The translations under genes and the position numbers were made by a program. The notes below the pieces were generated by a model. The model was given only the letters and a program-made list of their open reading frames with translations. It did no database searches and was not told where the DNA came from. Of a DNA stretch of 64,000 nucleotides, positions 1 to 10,656 are shown piece after piece. Position 1 is the stretch's first letter. Every line of letters starts with the position of its first letter. The stretch is from Candidatus Pacearchaeota archaeon (GTDB lineage: Archaea; Nanobdellota; Nanobdellia; Pacearchaeales; GW2011-AR1), in NCBI GenBank assembly GCA_018303755.1, contig JAGVXO010000007.1, positions 295 to 64,294 on the forward strand, given 5' to 3'.

Positions 1-1
1 G

Positions 2-499
2 ATGCCAAAAGAAGAAAAAATGGCGGGTGTGAAATGCAGCGTTTGCATGAAAGATATGCAGATGCCTGAATCTTTTTTGAAAGCAGGAAAGGAAAGAGGA
101 GTTGATGCAATGAAGATGCCGCATATATGTTCTTATTGTACGGGTAAAATGGGAGATGTTCTGGGAGATAAGAAGATGAAGGGTTTTATGGAAGATGTTA
201 ATAAGCAGATGGAGAAGATGGGAAAGAATAATGAAATAGCAGAGAAGCTGGCTGAAGAGATAACTTATGGAAATATTGATGCTTTAATAGCCGAGCTTGA
301 TGAGTCTGATGCCTCTGAAGAAGACAAGATAAAAGAGGCATTTTATAGGGGCGCATGGATGACTTTATTTTTAATAGGGAATAATCATGAGCCTGGCTTC
401 TTGGAGAAAGAAGCTGTGAGCATTAAGGATTTTCACGAGAAGATGAAAGAAAGGGAAGAACAAGAAGCGGAGATGGAAGAGGATGATGGAAGAGGATGA
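2..499 (+). CDS. hypothetical zinc-ribbon protein (CxxC...CxxC) with acidic C-terminus; possibly 5'-partial
   Basis: ORF with two Cys pairs (CSVC, CSYC) and a Glu/Asp-rich tail; no recognisable family. Confidence 0.3.
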   Translation: MPKEEKMAGVKCSVCMKDMQMPESFLKAGKERGVDAMKMPHICSYCTGKMGDVLGDKKMKGFMEDVNKQMEKMGKNNEIAEKLAEEITYGNIDALIAELDESDASEEDKIKEAFYRGAWMTLFLIGNNHEPGFLEKEAVSIKDFHEKMKEREEQEAEMEEDDGRG

Positions 500-903
500 T
501 GAAGAGGAGAATGACGATGAGCAGGTATAAATTAAATATGTCTGATGCAAGGAATATGCAAAAATGGGCATTAGAAGTGAGCGGAGCTAGAAAATATCTT
601 AAAACCCTTCCTGAATTACCAAAAACGAAGAAGATAATCCCTGGAATTTATGTTGGTTACGACATTGATGAAAATGAATTAGAAGATGACGGGCTCGATT
701 ATTGTACTCCCGAAATTGCTTCTATTTGGGCAATTGATTCAAATGGAGAAGAAACTAATTTGGGTGGAATTAGGGCATATAATTGGGAAACTTTTTGGCT
801 AGAAATTGGTGAGGATTGTGAGGTTGATACTGCCGAGAACTGGTTTGATTTAATAAAAAAAGAATACGAAAAGATAACAAAATCTGATAGAGAAAAAACA
901 TGA
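496..903 (+). CDS. hypothetical protein
   Basis: ORF overlapping upstream stop (operon-like); no motif recognised. Confidence 0.3.
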   Translation: MMKRRMTMSRYKLNMSDARNMQKWALEVSGARKYLKTLPELPKTKKIIPGIYVGYDIDENELEDDGLDYCTPEIASIWAIDSNGEETNLGGIRAYNWETFWLEIGEDCEVDTAENWFDLIKKEYEKITKSDREKT

Positions 904-1589
904 AGATAAAAAAGGTTGTAAAATATAATTATGAACTAACAGAAGAGACTCTTGAGAAAGATATAGATAAATTTATCCAGAATGCGAAAAAAGGCGATTA
1001 TCACATGGATAAGATGTATGGTAATGAGGGATTAAAGATAATAAAGCAATATCTTAAAATATTAAATGAGAAATTTAAAAATAATGAATTGGAAGAATGC
1101 AAGAATTGTTATCATAAACTGATACCTTTCTTACTCATATCCTCATCTGCTGATGGAGATTTATTTGATTATAATGATATGCTAGCAATGTTAAGTAAAG
1201 ATTTTGACGATTATGTTAGAAATTATTTTATTTGTCTTGTAAAGACCTGTAGCATAGATGAATTAGCAGATAAAATCTCAGAATACGCTTCTAGCCTTGA
1301 TGTTTATGGTTTTGATTCTGATAAAGAAATTATGTTAAATAATTTAAACAAAGAGCAATTAAATCAGCTTGAAGAAAAGATGCTTGTGAAAACTCATGGA
1401 ATGACAAAAAAAGATGAAAAAAAGCATGAAATTGTTTATTTTTTAATGGAGATAGCTCAAATACAAAATGATAAAGAAAAATATCTTGAGTTATGCGAGA
1501 AATTCAAAGGAGTTTTAGACAATAAAGAATATGAATATATTAAGAGAGAATACAATAACTCAACAAATGAGGAGAATGAAAATGGATGA
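900..1589 (+). CDS. hypothetical protein
   Basis: ORF with ATGA start/stop overlap with upstream gene. Confidence 0.3.
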   Translation: MKIKKVVKYNYELTEETLEKDIDKFIQNAKKGDYHMDKMYGNEGLKIIKQYLKILNEKFKNNELEECKNCYHKLIPFLLISSSADGDLFDYNDMLAMLSKDFDDYVRNYFICLVKTCSIDELADKISEYASSLDVYGFDSDKEIMLNNLNKEQLNQLEEKMLVKTHGMTKKDEKKHEIVYFLMEIAQIQNDKEKYLELCEKFKGVLDNKEYEYIKREYNNSTNEENENG

Positions 1590-1959
1590 AGAAATTGGTA
1601 AAAAACTTGTTGATGAATTAGACAAATTGGAAATAACAAAGAAAGAAGTAGAATCTAAAATTAATAATTTAAAGTCAGAGATAGCTAATATTGCAAAGAT
1701 AGAGGGCAAGAACTTTATTAATGGAGCTCATAAAGGTTGTTCTGTAAAAGAATATGATAAGGTTATTTATCCTGAAGACAAGGATTATTTTGCTAAACTT
1801 ATTAGGGAAAAGGGAATTTATGATTATTTCTCACAAGTTAATTATTCTAGGTTGAGTCCGGCAATTATAAAGAAAGATATCAGTATCGATAAGGAAATAC
1901 TTGATAAAGTGAAAATAACAAAGAGCTTTAGGGTGGTCTTAATTGACAAAGGTGTTTAA
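1582..1959 (+). CDS. hypothetical coiled-coil protein
   Basis: ORF (track start 1531; ATG at 1582 overlaps upstream stop); heptad-like charged repeats. Confidence 0.3.
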   Translation: MDEEIGKKLVDELDKLEITKKEVESKINNLKSEIANIAKIEGKNFINGAHKGCSVKEYDKVIYPEDKDYFAKLIREKGIYDYFSQVNYSRLSPAIIKKDISIDKEILDKVKITKSFRVVLIDKGV

Positions 1960-2188
1960 AATGACAGAAACATGCAAGATTTGCAGGAAGAAGTTTGACT
2001 CTGGAATTTGGATAGCTCCGCAATTTGTAGATGAGCGTGTTTTATTATTTTGCTCAGAGAAATGCAAGAAAGAATATCTTAAGAAGAAGTTCAATAGAAT
2101 AAAAACAGAGTATCCAAAATATTATGACAAAATAATGAAATCCTCAAGAGATGCGAGAGAATCCTTTTTGGATACCTCAAAATTCTAA
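1943..2188 (+). CDS. small zinc-ribbon protein
   Basis: CKICRKKF...CSEKCKKEY: two CxxC pairs in an 81-aa basic protein. Confidence 0.3.
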   Translation: MTKVFKMTETCKICRKKFDSGIWIAPQFVDERVLLFCSEKCKKEYLKKKFNRIKTEYPKYYDKIMKSSRDARESFLDTSKF

Positions 2189-2461
2189 CAATTTTGATGG
2201 TCGTAGAAATCCAAACAATTAGAGAAAATTTCTGAGAAAAAAGAAAAATTAAATTTTAATCCCTCTCTTTTTCATCTCCTCTTCTAACTTCTTAGGAAAT
2301 CCTAAGGACATGAGCAGTTCTTGTTATGCTCTTTATCCCATTTAACTCTTTCTTCAAAAGAGATGTTTTTGGGCATCTTGTTTTTCTCGTGCCATTCTTT
2401 GTTTATGTCAAGATGTTTATTGTCTTTCGTTACATCTTGATCATCCAAAAGTCCAGACAAT

Positions 2462-3007
2462 TCATACAAGGACTTTTTGATTTTCATTTTTCAACTCTTG
2501 ATTATGATAACTAAACCAATTGTAATACATATCCTTTTCTATAGGTGGTCTTGAGCTAACAAAACCTAATAATTTTCCTATATATCTCAGATCCATTTTA
2601 AAAGGAACCCTCTCTTTTAATTCCAATACCCCGATTATTTCTACATCTTTAGAGCCTTCATCCCTCATTTTCCGAGTTATTTTTATTATAGTATTTTGAT
2701 TGTATTTTGACTTTTTGTATAAATCAACCACTGCCTGAACTTCACAGCCTTGACCGGCATGCTTTATTAGATTGCACATCTGACAAATTACTTGCATATT
2801 GCTATCCGAGTTATTCTCAGGGTTTCCATCAATATGATCAACTATTTGATATTTCTGAGATTTATATCCGCAGTATGCACATGTGTAATTATCTCTGTTC
2901 AAAATCTTATTTCTAAATTCTTGCCATTTCTCTCCTTCTAACTTTTTTGTTTGTCCGGGATTTCTCCATTTTTCAGGAGGGACGAATGATAAAACTAATT
3001 GTTTCAT
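2462..3007 (-). CDS. HNH endonuclease
   Basis: CAYCGYKSQ...IVDHIDGNPENNSDSNMQVICQMCN matches the HNH motif (CxxC..H..N..H/C..CxxC). Confidence 0.6.
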   Translation of the reverse strand: MKQLVLSFVPPEKWRNPGQTKKLEGEKWQEFRNKILNRDNYTCAYCGYKSQKYQIVDHIDGNPENNSDSNMQVICQMCNLIKHAGQGCEVQAVVDLYKKSKYNQNTIIKITRKMRDEGSKDVEIIGVLELKERVPFKMDLRYIGKLLGFVSSRPPIEKDMYYNWFSYHNQELKNENQKVLV

Positions 3008-3019
3008 GATTATGCAGTA

Positions 3020-3376
3020 TTATTCGTAATCTTCCTTGATAAATTTCAGATAATCGTTAATAACCGTATTGTTGGAAGATTTCTTATCTAAAGGCTCAAT
3101 TTCTGTCAAAGGCATTCTTGATCTTATTCCTTCTTCAAATTCTATTTCGCATACAACTCTGTGAGAAACAATTGAAGTAAATCTTAATACCTTAAAATTT
3201 TTGGAATTCTTCTCATTTTTTATCTTTGCTTCAAAAGGGAATTTAATATAATCTTCAAGATAGCAGCAGAATGCTGTTTGCATCTCATCTTCGCCATAAG
3301 CATCTGTTAAGATAATCTCAATTCTTTTGTCCTGATTCAGTTCATCTAAAATATTTTCGTATTCTGCCATTTTCAA
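3020..3376 (-). CDS. hypothetical protein
   Basis: ORF, overlaps downstream gene start (operon with 3373..3891). Confidence 0.3.
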   Translation of the reverse strand: MKMAEYENILDELNQDKRIEIILTDAYGEDEMQTAFCCYLEDYIKFPFEAKIKNEKNSKNFKVLRFTSIVSHRVVCEIEFEEGIRSRMPLTEIEPLDKKSSNNTVINDYLKFIKEDYE

Positions 3377-3891
3377 TAATTGTTCTTATCAAAGTTCTTT
3401 GGTATTTGATAAGTTTCATTAGTTATTTTAGCAGATGAAATTCTGCTTGTCCGGAATTTTCTGATGTCTTTTCTTAAATGACAATAACCAATAACATATT
3501 TGCTTGATTTATAATAAATATCTAATTTTCTCGTGCTGAATTCTGCGCTTTCCATACTGAAATATTTTATTTCGACCGTTCTCAATTGTGAGAATGCTTT
3601 TTCAATTGCAGAATAAACTTTATCATCAATTTCGTTGTTAAAAGTATGATATTTCTTTCTTAGAAAGTCTTTATCGATTTCTACTTTTTGTTTTTCAGGG
3701 AGAAAAGCACTAATTTTTTTAATTACTGATTGAATTATCTTTTTCTTTATTGGAGTTTCATATTCATCATAGTAATCATCATAATATTCCTTATCATTTT
3801 CGGGAGCGTTTTTCTCGTATTCCTTTATTATTTTGTATAATGATTCTGCTTCTTCTTTGCTAAAGTTTGTAGATTTCTCTTTTTTATCCAT
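3373..3891 (-). CDS. hypothetical protein
   Basis: ORF; acidic/Tyr-rich N-terminus; no family recognised. Confidence 0.3.
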   Translation of the reverse strand: MDKKEKSTNFSKEEAESLYKIIKEYEKNAPENDKEYYDDYYDEYETPIKKKIIQSVIKKISAFLPEKQKVEIDKDFLRKKYHTFNNEIDDKVYSAIEKAFSQLRTVEIKYFSMESAEFSTRKLDIYYKSSKYVIGYCHLRKDIRKFRTSRISSAKITNETYQIPKNFDKNNY

Positions 3892-3932
3892 ATTCTTTTA
3901 TTGTTTTTAGGATATTTTATACTTTTTGGATT

Positions 3933-4727
3933 TCATTCTGATTCCTTGTAGAGTTTACTAACTTCTTTAGGTGTTAAATCTCTGTCATAAATTCTTAAAT
4001 CATCCATTTCCCATTCAATATCTTTTAATGGGGCGTATGAAATTCCTATAAAAAAATGCGTGTCATTGTAGGATTTTGGGATAATCACAGAGATATTTTT
4101 GCTTTCAGCAACGGAGAGATTATTTAAGTAAAATTTCCAGGAAGTTTTATTCCAGGTCATTGTATAAAGAGACCATTCATTTATTTTGATGCTTTTGTTA
4201 AGCTCGCCTAAATACAATCTGCATCCTTCTGTGCCAATATCTGTGTAGTCGTTCTGGAATTTTCCACAGACAGTTCCGTTGGCAAGTATTTTTATAAATG
4301 AATCATTATTCCAAAACTGCTTGTCTATTCCAAATGTCCTTAAATCTGGCTGGCTTTCCCAATTGTCTTGCGCATTTCCCCATAGGTTTATTTTAAGCCA
4401 GTAGCTCCATGTACCCTCGCCTTCTGTTTTAAGCTCAATTTCATTTGTCGGAGACTGCATTGCAAGAATACCCTCATCTTTGTATGAAATTGCCTTTCCT
4501 ATTTTTCCATTTTCAATTTGCGCGACATTTGAATCATAATATGTCCAGTTGTATCTTCCAGTTGTATCTGCAGCTATGCTGCCATCAAATGTCCAGCGGA
4601 CGATATAATCATTTGTTCTATTAAAAACTAAATGGGGTTTTATTATTAGAATTAATAAAATAAATAAAACCAGAATTAAAGATATCTCTTTTATTTTTTT
4701 GTTCATTTTATTATTCTCTTTATGCAA
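3933..4727 (-). CDS. membrane-anchored secreted protein with ConA-like/LamG jelly-roll domain
   Basis: N-terminal TM (ISLILVLFILLILII); C-terminal ...HFFIGIS..PLKDIEWEMDDLRIYDRDLTPKEVSKL resembles the LamG/ConA-like lectin fold signature. Confidence 0.5.
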   Translation of the reverse strand: MHKENNKMNKKIKEISLILVLFILLILIIKPHLVFNRTNDYIVRWTFDGSIAADTTGRYNWTYYDSNVAQIENGKIGKAISYKDEGILAMQSPTNEIELKTEGEGTWSYWLKINLWGNAQDNWESQPDLRTFGIDKQFWNNDSFIKILANGTVCGKFQNDYTDIGTEGCRLYLGELNKSIKINEWSLYTMTWNKTSWKFYLNNLSVAESKNISVIIPKSYNDTHFFIGISYAPLKDIEWEMDDLRIYDRDLTPKEVSKLYKESE

Positions 4728-5089
4728 ATAAATTTATTTAATCATTCTCTTATATAAACTATTCCCTAATGGGATTATCAAGATATTTGGAGACTGGACA
4801 TTTAAAGTTTAATCTTGATTGATGCAGCTTAATTAATTTTTCTGACATCCCATAATTTTCCCTTATTTTACACATTTTATTTTTTAATTTTGCTGTTTAC
4901 ATTAATCCTTTTATCTTTAATATAAATTAAATTTTATAAAGAACCAATAAACCATTGGACGAAGAGTTTGAGAATAAATATAAGTAAACACGAAGATTAT
5001 AACCAAGGAGACCATTATGCATCTTTAATCTGATAACCTTTTTTTAATAAAGATTTAAAAAGAGAAGGAGATTATTATGTTTACCTGCA

Positions 5090-6049
5090 ATGGGGGACAG
5101 AAGATTAAGCAGACTTATGGCGCAAGAGACAGAACCTGAAAATGAGGCGGCGATAAAAAGGGGATTGAATATTTATCTTTATTACTGGACAATACCTGTT
5201 TTTTTAATTTTCATCCTGATTAATTATTACACTCCTATTTTGAAAATTGGCTCACTTGACATAGGGCTGATGATTTCAATTGTAACTTTTTTATTCGGCT
5301 TCCTTATTACTGTTACTTTTTCAATGCTTCTTACAAGGGTGTCTTCTCTTAAAGATGCATTAGCAACAGAAACAGGAAGATTGGCCAGTATTTTTCTGCT
5401 GTCAAAACATCTCGGAACAAAGTTTAATCAAGCAGTCAGGCAGAGAATTGACGATTACACTATTTTTACTTTAAGGGAATACACTAATTATTCCTTAAGC
5501 AGAGAGTCAATTTATGGAATTCACGAGGATATTTCTTTGATGGAGCTGAAAACATCAAATCAGCAGGCAGCTGCAAATTCTTTTCTTTATATTCTTGGAG
5601 AGCTTGAACCGATAAGAGAAAAGCTGGAATATCTTACTGGAAGAAGAGTTGAATGGTCTTTAAGATTTACTAATTTAATTCTCGGGACAATCTTAATAAT
5701 TCTTCTTTTTCTTAACAGAGGAGATGCATTTTCAAATGCGCTTTTTGTGATACTTTCCACAATTATAATATTCATTTTATTTATCCTTGAGGATTATGAT
5801 AATCTTAAAATTGGGGATTATATCACAAATATAAGCAACTCAGAACAGCTTTTTGATTTAATAGGAACTGAAAGATATTATCCGGAATTTGTGCTAAGGG
5901 GTGTTAAATTAGAACGGGGGAAAACATATAGAATCGGGATTTATGACCCCTCTGCAAAGGCAGAAAAAATATTTAGAATAACTTATAATCCGAAATTCTT
6001 TTTTAGGGTATCTGAAATTATCCGAAGAGTAAGAAGAAAATCCGTTTAA
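5090..6049 (+). CDS. integral membrane protein
   Basis: several hydrophobic helices; no catalytic motif. Confidence 0.35.
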   Translation: MGDRRLSRLMAQETEPENEAAIKRGLNIYLYYWTIPVFLIFILINYYTPILKIGSLDIGLMISIVTFLFGFLITVTFSMLLTRVSSLKDALATETGRLASIFLLSKHLGTKFNQAVRQRIDDYTIFTLREYTNYSLSRESIYGIHEDISLMELKTSNQQAAANSFLYILGELEPIREKLEYLTGRRVEWSLRFTNLILGTILIILLFLNRGDAFSNALFVILSTIIIFILFILEDYDNLKIGDYITNISNSEQLFDLIGTERYYPEFVLRGVKLERGKTYRIGIYDPSAKAEKIFRITYNPKFFFRVSEIIRRVRRKSV

Positions 6050-6501
6050 CAAGGGATTATTTCTTTTTCTGCAATAGGACAATTCCCTATTGAGAGATGA
6101 ACTTTTTCAAATTGTTCCGATGAATCAACATAGTAACTTTTTGAATTTCCTTTTGGCAGAATTGCACAATTTTTGCAGTCTGAAGAGCAGACAAATTTAT
6201 TTATTAATTCTCCTTTTTTTAATTCAAATACAAGAAAATTTATTTCAGGAGAATTTTCATTGCGAATTAAACTTGTTTTTGTTTCTTGCGAACTTTTGTT
6301 AAAGCAGGCAGATTCTATTTTAATCGGATCTTTTAACTGCATACTAATGCAGGATTTTTCGTAATCTGTATTTTCTTTTACATACTTTGATAAAAAGACG
6401 GCTAATATTGTTATGGAGGATATTGCCAGGAATATTATTAAAATTGTTACAACTATATTTGAAATTGCTTTTTTATCCAGCTCATTAGTTATATTTTGCA
6501 T
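6046..6501 (-). CDS. membrane-anchored Cys-rich extracellular protein
   Basis: N-terminal TM anchor then eight Cys in a 100-aa ectodomain; ATGC overlap with the upstream metalloprotease gene. Confidence 0.3.
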   Translation of the reverse strand: MQNITNELDKKAISNIVVTILIIFLAISSITILAVFLSKYVKENTDYEKSCISMQLKDPIKIESACFNKSSQETKTSLIRNENSPEINFLVFELKKGELINKFVCSSDCKNCAILPKGNSKSYYVDSSEQFEKVHLSIGNCPIAEKEIIPC

Positions 6502-7616
6502 GGCATTGCTCCTGCATGGCTTAAATCAATTTCTGCCATCGTTGCACCATTCTTTGTGATTGCAATTATTTCCCCCTGGTTTTTTGAAACAGGGATTCTA
6601 AGAATAAATGGTAATTCTGAAAAGAAAACTGTTCCATTGATTTCCCCTCCAAGAGATACGCCTTTTAGAGAATCTGTAAATATCAGCCCGGGATTAAATT
6701 CTATGCCCGAATAATTCTCGTCTGGATTTATGAAATTATATTCAAATTCTCCAGAGCCGCCATTTCCAGCACATCCTTTTTCAATAGAAGTATTTAAGAG
6801 AGTAATTTTTTCAGGCAATGTTAAATTTCCCGGGTTGTAAATTCCTTCAATTAAGTAATAGGCTGCATCATTGCACTCTGCAAATTCAGCTATTGCTTTT
6901 GAGGTTATTCCCTGAAAGTTTTTTGGCATCTTTTCCAATATTAAGTTATTGTTAAATTTCCCATATTCTTTAGAGGATAAAGTTCTCATTACCCCTTCAT
7001 CTATTGAACGATAGTACACCTCTTTTGAACAACCTTCGAAGCATCCATTAGTTTCCCAAGCGAATTTTGAGCATGAAGAAACGCAGTTTTTCGAATTTTT
7101 CGGGATTGTTGCAGGAGTGTATTCGTCTGCGAAGTTTGCAAATGCGTGCCCAAATTCATGAATAAGGACGCTTTTAGGATGATTTGAATTAATGCTCATA
7201 ACTTCCATGTAAGCAGAGCTTCGAATCTCGGCAGATTTTTCTTTAATTACAATAATATAATCGCTTGGGCAGGATGATGCCTTTTTTATAATCTTTTTTG
7301 AATAGCATACTAATGCGATTCCTTTGTATAATTCACATTCGGGAGTATAACTATCAATATAATAAAAATTAAATGCTTCTTTATTTTCATCAAAAGGCTG
7401 CACCTGAAGAAAAAAGTCAGAATATTCTTTTGCCTGCTCTTTTGTTGAAAAAAATAAGATATTCACCGCGTCTGCAGAATTGAATTTTAATTCATTGCAT
7501 TTTTCCAAGGCATCATTTGGCGGGCTCAGGTTATTTGTTGTTATAATAATAGATATTATTGAAGCAATTACCACAATTGCTCCAACCATTGAAAAAAGGA
7601 CATAGTTTTTATCCAT
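6489..7616 (-). CDS. membrane-anchored zinc metallopeptidase-like protein (HExxH)
   Basis: N-terminal TM anchor; HEFGHAFANFADEY contains the zincin HExxH motif followed by a downstream E/D. Confidence 0.5.
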   Translation of the reverse strand: MDKNYVLFSMVGAIVVIASIISIIITTNNLSPPNDALEKCNELKFNSADAVNILFFSTKEQAKEYSDFFLQVQPFDENKEAFNFYYIDSYTPECELYKGIALVCYSKKIIKKASSCPSDYIIVIKEKSAEIRSSAYMEVMSINSNHPKSVLIHEFGHAFANFADEYTPATIPKNSKNCVSSCSKFAWETNGCFEGCSKEVYYRSIDEGVMRTLSSKEYGKFNNNLILEKMPKNFQGITSKAIAEFAECNDAAYYLIEGIYNPGNLTLPEKITLLNTSIEKGCAGNGGSGEFEYNFINPDENYSGIEFNPGLIFTDSLKGVSLGGEINGTVFFSELPFILRIPVSKNQGEIIAITKNGATMAEIDLSHAGAMPCKI

Positions 7617-7646
7617 TTTTTTAATAAGGAAAGCACATTTAAATAA

Positions 7647-8105
7647 CTATCCTGCTGAGAGGCTATTAGGATACCTGTTTTTAAGAGTAATTTTAATTGA
7701 GAGTGAATAAATAAATTGATAGCCGATTTGCATAATAAATAGGAATAAACAAAGTTTATCTGCTATTAACAAAGTTCCTTGATTATCTTTTACTATGCGG
7801 ATTTGCGCAGAGACCTTTTGGCCATATGCCTCTTTTATTTTTTCAGAACAGATTTTGTCTTTGCATTCAAGGAATATTCTTGCAGAAGAATTTTGATTGT
7901 GAATTGTAATCCAAATTCCTGAACTGCTGTTGCTTATTTTTTCAACAATTCCTAAAATAAATACTTTTGAACCACCTGGCAATTCGCTGATTTTTTCCAA
8001 AGGCGTTTCTTTAGGGGAGATTAAAACTGAGGCAGAGTATAGAGAAAATATTCCAATCAGCGAAATTAGCAAGGCAAAGAGTTTTAATAGGTTTTCTTTA
8101 GTCAT
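7647..8105 (-). CDS. membrane-anchored OB-fold-like protein
   Basis: signal/TM anchor followed by a beta-rich domain (KVFILGIVEKISN...IRIVKDNQG). Confidence 0.3.
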   Translation of the reverse strand: MTKENLLKLFALLISLIGIFSLYSASVLISPKETPLEKISELPGGSKVFILGIVEKISNSSSGIWITIHNQNSSARIFLECKDKICSEKIKEAYGQKVSAQIRIVKDNQGTLLIADKLCLFLFIMQIGYQFIYSLSIKITLKNRYPNSLSAG

Positions 8106-8300
8106 TTTAAGGATAAATCACCAGAGGATTATTAAGTTAACGCACTATGCCTTTTGAATTTTTAAATAGCTCGTTTATTTTTCTTATTTTAGGTTTGTTT
8201 ATTGGTGTTTTATTTTTTGATTTAAGATATGTAAATTATGATTTGTAAGGGATTATTGACTTATGGAAAACTTTAATAATAAACCTTTTCTTCTTCTTTT

Positions 8301-9317
8301 ATGGATAGTGAAGAAAGATTTAAGCTGATAAAAAGAAATACTGAAGAGATTATTGGAGAGGAAGAGTTGAAAAAGAAGCTGGCTTTAAAAAAACAACTGG
8401 TTGTTTATTGGGGTACCGCACCAACAGGAAGGCCGCACGTGGGTTATTTTCTTCCAATGCTTAAAATTTCTGACTTGCTAAAAGCAGGATTTAAAGTAAA
8501 AATTCTTCTTGCAGATTTGCATGCAGCCCTTGATAATACTCCCTGGATAATTCTTGAAAAAAGATACGAGTATTATGCTGCAGTTATTCCCATGATTATT
8601 GGAGCAATAGGCGTAAATGTTAAAAATCTTGAAATTGTCAAGGGAAGCGACTTTCAGCTAAAACCCGAGTATATGTATGATGTTCTGCAGATGTCGAGCT
8701 ATGTTTCTGTTCATGATGCAAACAAAGCAGCTTCTGAAGTTGTTAAATTAGGAGATAATCCCAAACTCTCTGGCTTGATATATCCGATAATGCAGGCAAT
8801 TGATGAACAATATCTTGGAGTTGATGCACAGCTTGGAGGAACAGACCAGAGAAAGATAATGGTTCTTGCAAGAGAAACTCTGCCTAAACTCGGTTATGAT
8901 TCAAGAATTGAAATTCTTAATCCGCTTGTTCCTGGGCTTATAGGGAAAAAAATGAGTTCAAGTGATGAAAAATCAAAAATTGATTTGATTGATGATGAAA
9001 AATCTGTTTTTTCAAAGATAAATAATGCAGAATGCATTGCAGGAGATTCAAACAATGGGCTTATGGCGTTTCTGAAATATGTTATAATGACGATTAAATC
9101 AGACAAGAAAGAAAAGTTTGTGATTAAGCGAGATAAAAAATACGGAGGAGATTTAAGTTATTTCAATTATGCAGATATTGAGAAAGATTTTATTGCAAAG
9201 AAGATTCACCCTCTTGATTTGAAGAATGCAGTTGCAGTTGAGATAAATTCTCTTCTCGCAGTTTTCAGAAAGAATATTAAAAAGCTTGAAAAGCTCTCAG
9301 AAGAGGCGTATGAGTAA
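8301..9317 (+). CDS. tyrS: tyrosyl-tRNA synthetase (archaeal type)
   Basis: class I motifs P-T-G-R-P-H-V-G-Y (HIGH variant) and KMSSS; C-terminal GGDL...HPLDLKNAVA typical of archaeal TyrRS. Confidence 0.85.
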   Translation: MDSEERFKLIKRNTEEIIGEEELKKKLALKKQLVVYWGTAPTGRPHVGYFLPMLKISDLLKAGFKVKILLADLHAALDNTPWIILEKRYEYYAAVIPMIIGAIGVNVKNLEIVKGSDFQLKPEYMYDVLQMSSYVSVHDANKAASEVVKLGDNPKLSGLIYPIMQAIDEQYLGVDAQLGGTDQRKIMVLARETLPKLGYDSRIEILNPLVPGLIGKKMSSSDEKSKIDLIDDEKSVFSKINNAECIAGDSNNGLMAFLKYVIMTIKSDKKEKFVIKRDKKYGGDLSYFNYADIEKDFIAKKIHPLDLKNAVAVEINSLLAVFRKNIKKLEKLSEEAYE

Positions 9318-9324
9318 AACCTCC

Positions 9325-10245
9325 TTATTTAAACTTAAACTCCACAATGTCCTTGTCTTTTAATATATGCGAGATGCTTACAATTTGATTTGGGAATTTG
9401 CTTGAGGGGCCTGTAATTCTTGCCTCTTTTATTTTTTCTGACAGCCCTTTTTTTATTTTTTCAGCTATATCTTTTATATTTGTGTTTTGAGGCATAATTA
9501 TGGGTTCTTTGCTTACGGACTTACCTGGCTCTTTTGTGTAAACTCTTATTTTATTAAAGCTATGAAAAATCTTTTCTTTTAATTCTTCAATCCCTTCTTT
9601 AGTTATTTGGGAGATTAAAACAAATGAAACTCGTTTAGATTTGAGCGTTTCTGATATTTTTCTTTTTTCGTTTTCAGACAGCAAGTCACATTTTGAAAAG
9701 GCGATTATCCTTTTTCCAACCGCCCTTGGAATTGATTTTTCTATTTCCTCTATTTCTTTTATTGAGGTTATTGCATAAATTAATGTGTCTGCAGAGTTTG
9801 CAATGCCTATATCAAAATATTCACTGTTTATTGGAGGATTTTCTATAATTTGCACTTTGATATCTTCGTAATCCATCATGCCTACTTCAGGCAAAATTGT
9901 TGAAATGTACCCTCCTGTTATAATTGGTTTTGCATTTGTCAAAGCTGTGAGAAGGGAGGACTTTCCCGAGTTTGCTATTCCTATTAAAACTGCCTGCATA
10001 TCTGCTTTTTTTATAGAGTCTTTTCTTGATTTCCCGCCTTTTTTTGATTTTTTAATTCTATCAATTTTCTCGATAAGTTTTATTCTTCTTGTTTTAAGAT
10101 TAGCAAGCATTTTTTCAGAGGATTTGTGCTTAGGACATTCTTTAATCATTTCTTCAAGAAAATAAAGGCGCTCTTCATCTGTCTGTGCATTCAGAAAATT
10201 TTCTTCTGCTTTTTTATAAAAGGGTGACTGGTTTGTGCTCGCCAT
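9325..10245 (-). CDS. DRG/Obg-family GTPase with C-terminal TGS domain
   Basis: P-loop GIANSGKSSLL; C-terminal VYTKEPGK...IVEF resembles a TGS domain. Confidence 0.6.
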   Translation of the reverse strand: MASTNQSPFYKKAEENFLNAQTDEERLYFLEEMIKECPKHKSSEKMLANLKTRRIKLIEKIDRIKKSKKGGKSRKDSIKKADMQAVLIGIANSGKSSLLTALTNAKPIITGGYISTILPEVGMMDYEDIKVQIIENPPINSEYFDIGIANSADTLIYAITSIKEIEEIEKSIPRAVGKRIIAFSKCDLLSENEKRKISETLKSKRVSFVLISQITKEGIEELKEKIFHSFNKIRVYTKEPGKSVSKEPIIMPQNTNIKDIAEKIKKGLSEKIKEARITGPSSKFPNQIVSISHILKDKDIVEFKFK

Positions 10246-10261
10246 ATAAAGATGAATTCTG

Positions 10262-10440
10262 CATTATTTATCAAACTTTGCTTTTTAGGATTACTTTGCT
10301 CGCTCGTTTCACTCGCTCTGCTCGCGATTGTGCTCACATTGTTTAAAACTTTAATTACATTCGTCCAATCGCTCGCCCAACGATTTTGGCTCGCTCCGCT
10401 CACTTATTTATTCTCCTGCAAACCCTTAATCCCTTGGCAC
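10262..10440 (-). repeat. composite intergenic repeat R1 (minus orientation)
   Basis: reverse complement: aagtgagcggagcgagccaaaatcgttgggcgagcgattggacg...gagcacaatcgcgagcagagcgagtgaaacgagcgagc. Confidence 0.65.
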
Positions 10441-10565
10441 ATTGGAATTTATGTATATCACAAAACCCTTTGAGTATACTCCACACTAAAGTGTGGAGTT
10501 TGTGTTTGGGTTTTGGGAGAACCGGGAAAAATCTATACATTTTAACTCCAATCTATGAACAAAGG
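10441..10565 (-). repeat. repeat D (double-hairpin element), copy 3, 5'-truncated
   Basis: reverse complement matches copies 1 and 2 from agattggagttaaaatgtatagatttttcccggttctcccaaaaccc...ctccacactttagtgtggag (perfect 9-bp stem). Confidence 0.75.
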
Positions 10566-10656
10566 TAAAATAAGGAAAAGTTATAGGGTGTTAGAAGAAT
10601 TAAATATCCTTAATCCTTCTAAGAATGTTTAAAAACATCCTTGTCTTTTTGAGGCT

